In this document: positions 1 to 7,183 of the stretch, piece after piece
Layout: each line of letters begins with the position of its first letter
Numbering within the stretch: position 1 is the stretch's first letter
IMG/VR virus record: IMGVR_UViG_3300020352_000033
Location: 1-25,644 of that record
Length of the DNA stretch: 25,644 bases
Reading direction: 5' to 3' (one strand)
DNA from: a virus
Taxonomy: Duplodnaviria > Caudoviricetes
Program-made: the position numbers and the translations under genes
Notes under the pieces: model-generated
Told to the model about the DNA's origin: nothing
Database searches by the model: none
Seen by the model: only the letters and a program-made list of their open reading frames with translations

Positions 1-5
1 GCCAT
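1..5 (-). CDS. Probable start (ATG GC..) of a gene running off the left end
   Basis: cat at 3-5, preceded on the minus strand by A-rich ATACAATAAAATG and the recurrent promoter-like box at 21-32. Confidence 0.45.
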
Positions 6-20
6 TTTATTGTATTTTAT

Positions 21-32
21 TTATAAATATAT
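21..32 (-). promoter_or_regulatory. Recurrent ATATATTTATAA box, putative late promoter
   Basis: Same motif in intergenic gaps at 6342, 8199, 11817 and 16746, each 10-30 nt upstream of an ATG. Confidence 0.6.
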
Positions 33-38
33 TGCTTT

Positions 39-521
39 TTAGTAATCATAATCATCATCATCATAATCATCATAATCCTCTTCATCATATGTATCATCTT
101 CAAATTCAGGCTCATAATCAAACATACCACCTACTGTATTTTTAGTGTATTTACCTTGTCTAGATTCAATATGATCTAAAATAGCATCTAAAACATCTTT
201 AATTGTTTGCTCATAATTAGTTCCTTTTTTAAATAAAGCACTGACTAATGATCTAAGAGGATGGTTTGCATTAACTAAAAATGAATGTGCTGGTCCTGCT
301 GTTTCAGTTCCATACCCTGTATGATATTCATCTCCATCATTATAATAACGGTAAACTATTCTATTAATAGCTCTTAACATTTCACCTTCTACAGTTTCAG
401 CATCTCCTTGTCCAGGAACTAATTCATTATAAAGAGGTTCATTCCTATCTTCTAATTCTTTACCTACAAATTCATATAATTTGCCTTCAGTTAAATATTT
501 TTTTAAATTAAAATTATCCAT
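39..521 (-). CDS. Hypothetical phage protein, candidate internal head protein with acidic Tyr-rich tail
   Basis: 160-aa ORF; N-terminus MDNFNLKKYLTE resembles that of 7184..8188; globular core LVPGQG..GEMLRAINRIVYRYYNDGD; tail DDTYDEEDYDDYDDDDYDY. Confidence 0.75.
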   Translation of the reverse strand: MDNFNLKKYLTEGKLYEFVGKELEDRNEPLYNELVPGQGDAETVEGEMLRAINRIVYRYYNDGDEYHTGYGTETAGPAHSFLVNANHPLRSLVSALFKKGTNYEQTIKDVLDAILDHIESRQGKYTKNTVGGMFDYEPEFEDDTYDEEDYDDYDDDDYDY

Positions 522-532
522 ATTATTTTATT

Positions 533-601
533 TTAACAATCGCAACATGGACAATTACAAGATTTTCCACAATTACATTTTGTACAATTACAAGTATTCA
601 T
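533..601 (-). CDS. Possible independently initiated 22-aa metallothionein-like peptide
   Basis: MNTCNCTKCNCGKSCNCPCCDC, 9 Cys in 22 aa; start context ATACATAAAATG matches other starts; promoter-like box at 665-676. Confidence 0.4.
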   Translation of the reverse strand: MNTCNCTKCNCGKSCNCPCCDC

Positions 602-898
602 TTTATGTATTTTTAAAGTTAATGTCCCAGTTCCTTTAATGGCTCTATGCCATTTATGTCTAGGTATAAATATACGTTTCTGAACTGAAGTCGGTAGAGA
701 ATTGTCTAATTGAATCATCCAATCAGTTTTACCTATAATTTCAACTAATCTATCTTCATCATCACGATGCCAGAGTAGTTCTATAGGATCTATATTTTTA
801 TCAAATTGTCTTAGAATATAGTCTTTAGTGACCTCTAAGTCAATGTAAGGTTTACCAGAATCCTGAGAAACTGGATTTGAGTCCGAGTAATTTTGCAT
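533..898 (-). CDS. Cupin-like small protein with in-frame C-terminal Cys-rich tail; start uncertain
   Basis: WHRDDE and IFIPRHKWHRAIKG resemble cupin motifs 1 and 2. The ORF-track start (997) lies deep in the upstream gene; the nearest in-frame ATG upstream of the domain is 898. Confidence 0.6.
   Translation of the reverse strand: MQNYSDSNPVSQDSGKPYIDLEVTKDYILRQFDKNIDPIELLWHRDDEDRLVEIIGKTDWMIQLDNSLPTSVQKRIFIPRHKWHRAIKGTGTLTLKIHKMNTCNCTKCNCGKSCNCPCCDC
665..676 (-). promoter_or_regulatory. Intragenic copy of the promoter-like box (CGTATATTTATA)
   Basis: Plus strand tataaatatacg; contains the TATATTTATA core and the CGTATATT seen before the primase. Confidence 0.4.
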
Positions 899-1970
899 AT
901 CTAGGTAATCTGCAACTCCAATATCCAGCTTTTGTTCTATCTTTTTTAGTTGAACATTTGTGCCTTTTTGCAAATGCAGCACGGGCTTTGGAGTCATTTA
1001 TTTTTGCTCTTAAACCACCAGATCCGAATCTAACAGTTTTAATTTTTTTAGTTTTAGGATCCTTAACGTATACTTTATATGCCTTCCCACCTGATGTATC
1101 ACGCATTGGTTTTCCTATTGGTCTATTATCTTTTTTCTTAGCTTTTTTCTTTTTAGCTTCATCTAAGCTGCCAGCTTGTAATCTAACAAACCCATTATCT
1201 TTTAACCACTTAGCTGCTTCTTTAGCATTAGAAGCTTCTCCATCAAAATCATCAGTTTGGAAATAGTAACCCTCTGGTGTCTTATAAACATCTACCATAC
1301 CATCAGGACCATCAAAAATTGCAATGTGGTTTGAAGAATTAAAAGTTCCTTCATTCATAGACATATTATCTATTTCATCATGAACCCATTCTTTTTCATT
1401 GTCACCTAATTGGTCATAATCCATTCCAAATTCCATATTCGCTAACTCATCTTCAAGATCCATTTGCTCATTTAGTTCGATAGGAAAATCTAATGGTACT
1501 TTTTTATTTTCAGCTAATTCAAATTTATTATATTTATTTAAATCATTTAAGGATTTTAATTCAACTCTTTTACCATTACTATCTAACCCATAAATTGTAG
1601 CATCATATTTACCAAAACCATCTGAGCGTACTCCTTTAAGTTTTTGTTTTAATTCTGCTCCTGCTCTACGCTTACTAACTGTTGAGATTCGTTCTAATAA
1701 ACCAAAATGGCCTAAATTAGTTTCTGTAAGTAAAGCTAAATCATCTTCATTAGTAAATTCTAAAATACCTCTACTGTATAAAGATCGTGCTTCTGCAAAT
1801 AAATTAAAATACTCACGTGAACCAGCACGGTATAAATGCTCAGTAAGCGGTTTATTATTGTCTATATGGTGTTTTAAACCCTCAGACAATATAGCACGCG
1901 GTGCTAAACTTTCATTTAACATTAACGTTGATTTTTTAGTATCACAAGTATTACATCCGCAGTTACACAT
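852..1970 (-). CDS. Modular phage protein with N-terminal Cys cluster and basic C-terminal domain (RxxFxxRHxC...YWSC)
   Basis: 372 aa; starts MCNCGCNTC; segments bounded by LNE/LSE/LTE/LLE/LAE/LNE/MNE/LDE; Lys-rich C-terminal domain KAYKVYVKDPKT..RAAFAKRHKC..AGYWSCR. Confidence 0.75.
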   Translation of the reverse strand: MCNCGCNTCDTKKSTLMLNESLAPRAILSEGLKHHIDNNKPLTEHLYRAGSREYFNLFAEARSLYSRGILEFTNEDDLALLTETNLGHFGLLERISTVSKRRAGAELKQKLKGVRSDGFGKYDATIYGLDSNGKRVELKSLNDLNKYNKFELAENKKVPLDFPIELNEQMDLEDELANMEFGMDYDQLGDNEKEWVHDEIDNMSMNEGTFNSSNHIAIFDGPDGMVDVYKTPEGYYFQTDDFDGEASNAKEAAKWLKDNGFVRLQAGSLDEAKKKKAKKKDNRPIGKPMRDTSGGKAYKVYVKDPKTKKIKTVRFGSGGLRAKINDSKARAAFAKRHKCSTKKDRTKAGYWSCRLPRYAKLLGLKSSFSGFW

Positions 1971-1988
1971 ATTATTTTATTTTATCTA

Positions 1989-3032
1989 TTAACCCCAAAT
2001 TTTATCAAAATTAATTCTAATTGAACTTTGTTTTACTTCAAAATCTTTCATTAATTCCTCACTATCTTTTAATTCATCAAAATTAATTTGAAAGAATTTA
2101 ATATCCCCATTATCCTTTACATTAGCTAAATGGTTACCATCTCCTGGTTTTCTATCTAATTTTGGTTTTAAAAGTTGAACTGCCATTTTTCTTCCCATGT
2201 CTTTAGGGCTATCTGAATCCTCTAAATTTAATGTATTATATACTCTATCTACATTAGATTTAATATTTTTAAATAAAGGATATTCATCTACTAAATCACT
2301 ATTTTTATTTAAAAGACTTTTAAATTCTTTTACTTTTTCCATAGCAGCCGTAAGTTGAAATCCTCTAAAGTTAGTTGGATTTACTGTTTTTGGCAATTCA
2401 CCCTCACCATCAAAAACACTTACTAGAGCACTAAACCCAAATATAAGTGAAAGTAATGATAAATTTTCTTTATCAGCTCCAAATCTTCCTAAACCGTGTA
2501 AACCCTTATTAGTACTCCAAGATTTAACCTCTACTCCCTGATTATTAAAATATAAATCCGGGTCATCTTTTTCTCTACCTTCTGTTACTTTAGCACTATT
2601 TGAAAAATGATATAACCAATATAATGCAATTTCTCCATTCCCCACACCTAAAGAACCAGCACTACCTATTTCTTTTCCTACTTTTGGGGGTTTTACTGGA
2701 TATAATTTAGTAAACATTTCTTTATCCTCAGAACTAACACCCACACTAAATGTAGAGTTTTTATAAGGATATTTATTTTTTGGTTTTGGTATTGGCTTAT
2801 CTTTATAATCTTTACCATATATAGCATACCTAATAGTATCATTATATGTTTCGGATCCCCCAGAAGGTATTGAGGTTTCAACATCCACATCAATTTCTAC
2901 TTCTTCTTCTGCTTCTGATATTGTTTTGATTAACTCGAATAACATATCTTTATCTTTAGGATCATCCATATCAGGATATCCTTTAGGAAATTTATATGCT
3001 ATTTTATGTAAATATTTTGTTATATTATCCAT
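1989..3032 (-). CDS. Putative PD-(D/E)xK restriction-endonuclease-fold nuclease with N-terminal leader
   Basis: GVGNGE (aa 129-134), PDL (158-160), EVK (168-170); leader MDNITKYLHKIAYKFPKGYPD...TISE followed by an acidic linker. Confidence 0.55.
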   Translation of the reverse strand: MDNITKYLHKIAYKFPKGYPDMDDPKDKDMLFELIKTISEAEEEVEIDVDVETSIPSGGSETYNDTIRYAIYGKDYKDKPIPKPKNKYPYKNSTFSVGVSSEDKEMFTKLYPVKPPKVGKEIGSAGSLGVGNGEIALYWLYHFSNSAKVTEGREKDDPDLYFNNQGVEVKSWSTNKGLHGLGRFGADKENLSLLSLIFGFSALVSVFDGEGELPKTVNPTNFRGFQLTAAMEKVKEFKSLLNKNSDLVDEYPLFKNIKSNVDRVYNTLNLEDSDSPKDMGRKMAVQLLKPKLDRKPGDGNHLANVKDNGDIKFFQINFDELKDSEELMKDFEVKQSSIRINFDKIWG

Positions 3033-3487
3033 TATATATCTATGTCTATATTATCATCTACTTCAACATCAACATCTTCACTACCACTACTTCCAGAATC
3101 ACTATCAACAGCATCAGTATCAGCTTTTACACCATATCTTAAAATACGTGCAATAGCTTCAGTTGCTCTTTCTTCTTCTGGTAGATTTAATAAATAATAT
3201 TTTTTTCCTTCTACTTGAGCTATCCAACTTCTTTTAGAATATATCAAATAAAAATCTTGATCGTTTTTTAAATTAATTCGAAATGTTGTAGGTTTAGGAG
3301 CAACCCAATCTATTGATGCTAAGAATGAATCAAATTCGTGGGTTAATAAATCAACAATAACCGCTTTTAACTCTGGGAATTTTGTTAATTCATCATATTC
3401 CACAGCAGCTGCTTCAGCTTGCTTCTTGTTACCAACAACAGTTGGGACAAGTAACCTTATCTTTTCCCTTAATTCTGCTGCTGTCAT
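3032..3487 (-). CDS. Hypothetical phage protein
   Basis: 151-aa ORF; TAATG overlap with the next gene; aromatic-rich core; acidic tail DVDVEVDDNIDIDI. Confidence 0.75.
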   Translation of the reverse strand: MTAAELREKIRLLVPTVVGNKKQAEAAAVEYDELTKFPELKAVIVDLLTHEFDSFLASIDWVAPKPTTFRINLKNDQDFYLIYSKRSWIAQVEGKKYYLLNLPEEERATEAIARILRYGVKADTDAVDSDSGSSGSEDVDVEVDDNIDIDI

Positions 3488-3488
3488 A

Positions 3489-5465
3489 TTATTTCTGTTT
3501 TGCTGTTGGGCCTTTACCTCCGCCTTTTGCTTTATAGGCAGCTACAGCCCCTGCAATTGCTTTTGCTGCTTTAGCTGATTTGCCTTGCTTTTTAATTTTA
3601 CCTACTAAAGAATCATAATCTTCTTCTAATCCAAATCCAATTTCAGCATCTTGTGCGGGGTTATCTTTTGTTACATTTATATTTGAATCTTGATCAACTT
3701 CATCACCTCCAGAACCAACAAATCTTTCAGGATCCATTCCTTGTTCTTCTTTAACTTCATCTTCAGCATCCATTTTTTTATCCCAAAATCCTTTAGGTAA
3801 ACCTTCTTTTAAATCTTTAGCTAATTTTTCTGCTATTGTGCTATATTTAGATGATTTATTTTCATTTACTGCTGCATCCGGGAAATATTCTGCAGGTCCT
3901 ATCCTTAATTTACTTTTATCAGTAACACCTGTGTCGAACCAAGCTCTAATAGCTTTATCAACATTTTGACCACCTAAGAAATGGCTTAATAAACTTTCTA
4001 AACCTTTAGGTCCTTCTGCTACCCAAGCATCAAATTCTTCTTCATTATCCCACTCAAATTTATCATCTGATGTGAATTGATATACTGGTTTGTTTTGTAA
4101 GTTAGACATTGCAAATGCCATCCCACTACCTTCATGATTACCATAATGTGATTCACTAAGTGATACAATATCTTTAGATGGTGTTTCTTTATATTTGAAA
4201 TAAATAGTATATCTTTTTTTATTATTATTATAATCTGTTAGAAATACTGTTTTTTTAGCAAATGCTTTTCCGTTATAGGCGCGGCGCCATTTATTCATAT
4301 TCATTGCTTCTTCTATTGGTTGTTTACTTTCCTCAAAAGCTCCTGAGGCATATTCTCTTCCTACTGAAACGTCACCTAACTCATTTGGTGTGTATAATGA
4401 CGCTTTAAAACCAGTATCGCCATCTGTACCTAATTGGCCTACTTCTTCGTCTACTACGTCTGTAGCTACATCAACTACAGCATCAATTTGTGGTTCTTTA
4501 AGTTCAAATTCAAGGTATTCTTGAGCCCCAACTAAAGCCTCTTTTGCCTTAAATACTTTACTTTGCCACCATGAAGGTAAATCTACTTCCCCCATGCCTT
4601 CAAATTGATCTAAAATTTTATATAATTCCATAGATGCTTTACCAATTTGATATAAATCACCTTGTAGCATACCTGGTTCATTATCTTCATGACCTATGTC
4701 ATAATCTTCATTTACAGATTCTTCTGCCTCATCATTAGCTATATCTTTTAAATAACTAAGTACTCTTCCAAATTTTTGATTTTTAGAATAGTCTTTTTGT
4801 TCTTTATCTTGTATAGAATTAAAAATTCCAAGCATTGCTTTTGCAAATCCTTGGGGGTCTTTAATTTCATTAGCAAATTTCTGAATGATTGATGTAGGTA
4901 ATTCTACTTCATTTAATCTATCAACAATATCTTTAAAGGCAGCCTTTTTATCACCTTTATATAACTGTTTAACAATTTTTTTACCTAATATTTCTAATTC
5001 TCCATTATTTAAAGAATGAGGTCTATTAAAACCTTCTAAATATCCTGATCCTATTATAACTAGATCTTCATCTGGGTTATCTAAATCTTCTTCTTCATAG
5101 CCAAAGTCTTCATCATCATTTCTTTTAACTCTTGAAGGTAGTGGTTTTAAGTTTTCACTATCAAAATCCTCTTCTATGTTTTTTTCAATAGCAGCCCCTC
5201 TTTTTTCTTCATAGTCTGATAGTTTACCATCCTTATTTAAATCGGCTTTTTTAGGATTTTTTAATGCATCTTTAATCAACTCTGTTAAATTAGGATCTCT
5301 CATTTCTTTAGTTTGTTTTTTGGCCATATTAGTAGCACGTCCATACATAACTGCCTCAGCATCTTTACCATATTTCTTGACAAGATCACGTTTGTTATCT
5401 TTCATATTCATGATAATATCTTCCCTCTTTTTGAGTTCAGCTTTTGACAGTTTACGTTCGTTCAT
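3489..5465 (-). CDS. Large modular protein, candidate internal head polyprotein, with EF-hand-like loop and Lys-rich C-terminus
   Basis: 658 aa; alternating acidic and basic segments bounded by MNE/IEE/LNE/VNE/VDE/LKE/VKE/LEE; DLNKDGKLSDYE at 5208-5243. Confidence 0.7.
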   Translation of the reverse strand: MNERKLSKAELKKREDIIMNMKDNKRDLVKKYGKDAEAVMYGRATNMAKKQTKEMRDPNLTELIKDALKNPKKADLNKDGKLSDYEEKRGAAIEKNIEEDFDSENLKPLPSRVKRNDDEDFGYEEEDLDNPDEDLVIIGSGYLEGFNRPHSLNNGELEILGKKIVKQLYKGDKKAAFKDIVDRLNEVELPTSIIQKFANEIKDPQGFAKAMLGIFNSIQDKEQKDYSKNQKFGRVLSYLKDIANDEAEESVNEDYDIGHEDNEPGMLQGDLYQIGKASMELYKILDQFEGMGEVDLPSWWQSKVFKAKEALVGAQEYLEFELKEPQIDAVVDVATDVVDEEVGQLGTDGDTGFKASLYTPNELGDVSVGREYASGAFEESKQPIEEAMNMNKWRRAYNGKAFAKKTVFLTDYNNNKKRYTIYFKYKETPSKDIVSLSESHYGNHEGSGMAFAMSNLQNKPVYQFTSDDKFEWDNEEEFDAWVAEGPKGLESLLSHFLGGQNVDKAIRAWFDTGVTDKSKLRIGPAEYFPDAAVNENKSSKYSTIAEKLAKDLKEGLPKGFWDKKMDAEDEVKEEQGMDPERFVGSGGDEVDQDSNINVTKDNPAQDAEIGFGLEEDYDSLVGKIKKQGKSAKAAKAIAGAVAAYKAKGGGKGPTAKQK

Positions 5466-5467
5466 TC

Positions 5468-5641
5468 TTATTTTGCTTTATCTTCAGCTATTGATGCTTT
5501 ACGATATTCACTAATTAACTTTTTAAAGGCTCCTAAAGCTTTTCTAGCACGACCATGTGCTGCTTTTGATTTTCCTTCATGTTCGTTACTAAATGTTCCG
5601 TAAATCTCATCTAACTGATCTTTTAATTCTTGTGTTGTCAT
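5468..5641 (-). CDS. Histone H1-like (Hc1 family, Bacteroidota-type) small protein, absent from the ORF track
   Basis: Translated by hand: MTTQELKDQLDEIYGTFSNEHEGKSKAAHGRARKALGAFKKLISEYRKASIAEDKAK (57 aa). KAAxxRARK...EYRKAS matches the Hc1 pattern, and the ORF fills the intergenic gap. Confidence 0.7.
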   Translation of the reverse strand: MTTQELKDQLDEIYGTFSNEHEGKSKAAHGRARKALGAFKKLISEYRKASIAEDKAK

Positions 5642-5666
5642 TTTATAAATTTTATTAATTATTAAC

Positions 5667-6314
5667 TTATTTGATTAATCCTGCTAACTTTTTGAATCTA
5701 GATAAAGATTCATCTAATTCTTCTTTTTTAGCTTCTTCTAATTCTAATTCTTCTAATTCTAATTCTTCATTTGTTGAAGCTACAACGTGTGCTCTAGTGT
5801 AATATGTGATTGTATTTCCAATTTGATCCATTAGCTTTTCATCTCCCATAGCAGATGCTTTTTCTTGTGCTTTAGTTAAAAGACCTAATACAGCTGCTGT
5901 ATCACTACTTTCTCCTGCTAATTCAGAATCAACTTCGATTTCTGATTTAGAAGATTCATCATCAACATCAACATCTCTTTCAACATCAACATTAATATCT
6001 TCATTATCTTCAACATCAATATCTTCGTTGTCTTCAACATCAACCTCTTCAGCTTCATCTACTTTATCTTCGTAGTATTTGTCTCCTTCAGAAACATCTT
6101 CTCCTTCAGAAACATCTTTAGGTTCGTCTTTTTTCAATTTAGCTAATTTAGCTTCATTATCTTTAATATCTTTTTCAAGATCTTTAATGTGGTCTCTATC
6201 ATCACGGATAGCACCTTCCATACGTTTTTGTTCTTCTTTATTACCTTTTTTAGAATCTTCAGCTTCAGCTAGAAACTGAGATTTGATAATTTCTTTTAAT
6301 TCCGATTTTTTCAT
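5667..6314 (-). CDS. Acidic coiled-coil protein, scaffold/prohead-core-like
   Basis: 215 aa; MKKSELKEIIKSQFLAE leader, coiled coil, acidic repeats, C-terminal RFKKLAGLIK; promoter box upstream. Confidence 0.6.
   Translation of the reverse strand: MKKSELKEIIKSQFLAEAEDSKKGNKEEQKRMEGAIRDDRDHIKDLEKDIKDNEAKLAKLKKDEPKDVSEGEDVSEGDKYYEDKVDEAEEVDVEDNEDIDVEDNEDINVDVERDVDVDDESSKSEIEVDSELAGESSDTAAVLGLLTKAQEKASAMGDEKLMDQIGNTITYYTRAHVVASTNEELELEELELEEAKKEELDESLSRFKKLAGLIK
5733..5768. repeat. 15-bp in-frame tandem repeat, ~2.4 copies (ELELE)
   Basis: ttcttctaattctaa at 5733-5747 and 5748-5762, plus a partial copy. Confidence 0.85.
6082..6117. repeat. Perfect 18-bp tandem duplication (DVSEG-E/D)
   Basis: tctccttcagaaacatct at 6082-6099 and 6100-6117. 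Confidence 0.9.
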
Positions 6315-6341
6315 TTTATTTTAAATTTAGTTGGGGTTTAT

Positions 6342-6353
6342 TTATAAATATAT
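6342..6353 (-). promoter_or_regulatory. ATATATTTATAA box, putative late promoter
   Basis: Intergenic, upstream of ATG 6314. Confidence 0.6.
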
Positions 6354-6649
6354 TAAGATTTTTTCTGATACGTTCCTTTTCGATATTTTGCGGTTTTTGT
6401 ATTAGAAACAAATTGTTTTCCTTTTTTTCCTGCTGCTTTTTTCTTACGAGCTGTAGAAGCACGTTCAGATTTAGATAAAGATTGGGCTTTTTTCTTTGGA
6501 AGGCATCTAGAAGGTTTTTTCTTATCTTTCATAGTACCACATTTACCGGTAATATTACCAGAAGTGTTAATTCTTACCCAGTCTTCTTTTTTAAACCAAT
6601 CACGTAATGATTCTTTTACTATTTCGTATACTCTTTCTTCTGTTATCAT
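6353..6649 (-). CDS. Small highly basic phage protein, candidate nucleic-acid binder
   Basis: 98 aa; leader ending VKE, then LRDWFKKEDWV..CG..RCLP and a Lys/Arg-rich tail; ATGA overlap. Confidence 0.75.
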   Translation of the reverse strand: MITEERVYEIVKESLRDWFKKEDWVRINTSGNITGKCGTMKDKKKPSRCLPKKKAQSLSKSERASTARKKKAAGKKGKQFVSNTKTAKYRKGTYQKKS

Positions 6650-7182
6650 GCTAATGCCCCGGCTATATCTTTAACTAATGTTGCTATGTCTTTTCCTTTT
6701 AAAGCTGCTTTTAAACCACTAATACCACTAGCTGCTAAATTTGATTTTTTTAATGCTGTAAATGCTTCCGTACCTGCTTTAGCTCCTAAACCTAATAATA
6801 ATAAAGCAAATAAACCATCAGTTACAATAGATTTTGTTTTTTGATCTTTAGTAAATAACCCAACTACACGTGCAATTGGGCCTTTAAAATCTTGTTCTAA
6901 TTTATGAGTAAAATTATATATTTTTTTAGCTGCTTCTTCTCCTTTACCAAAATTATACTTTTTAAACAATTTAGCAGTATACTTAGCCATAATATTAACT
7001 AATGTATTACCTGCTAAAACATAAGAAAGGATAGAAATGGGATCAACTACTTCATTTAATTCATCCTTTTTATCCTCTAATTTATCTTCAATAGCATTTG
7101 CTAACTCATCACCTAAAGCATCTAATTCATTCTCATAGATAGGTTTAGAAAAAAATTCTTGTATTGATTTTAATTCTTCCAT
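6646..7182 (-). CDS. Hypothetical protein with hydrophobic helices behind an acidic leader
   Basis: 178 aa; acidic aa 1-44 ending LNE; hydrophobic VVDPISILSYVLAGNTLVNIM and GLFALLLLGLG. Confidence 0.7.
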   Translation of the reverse strand: MEELKSIQEFFSKPIYENELDALGDELANAIEDKLEDKKDELNEVVDPISILSYVLAGNTLVNIMAKYTAKLFKKYNFGKGEEAAKKIYNFTHKLEQDFKGPIARVVGLFTKDQKTKSIVTDGLFALLLLGLGAKAGTEAFTALKKSNLAASGISGLKAALKGKDIATLVKDIAGALA

Positions 7183-7183
7183 A

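Noticed and set aside
899-997. N-terminal extension of ORF 533..997
   Set aside because: Overlaps the motif-bearing C-terminal domain of 852..1970; probably not translated
2693-2893. 66-aa minus-strand ORF
   Set aside because: Alternative frame nested within 1989..3032, with no independent signals
5733-6117. Short repeats as a CRISPR or DGR-like array
   Set aside because: In-frame coding tandem duplications without spacers; no reverse transcriptase nearby
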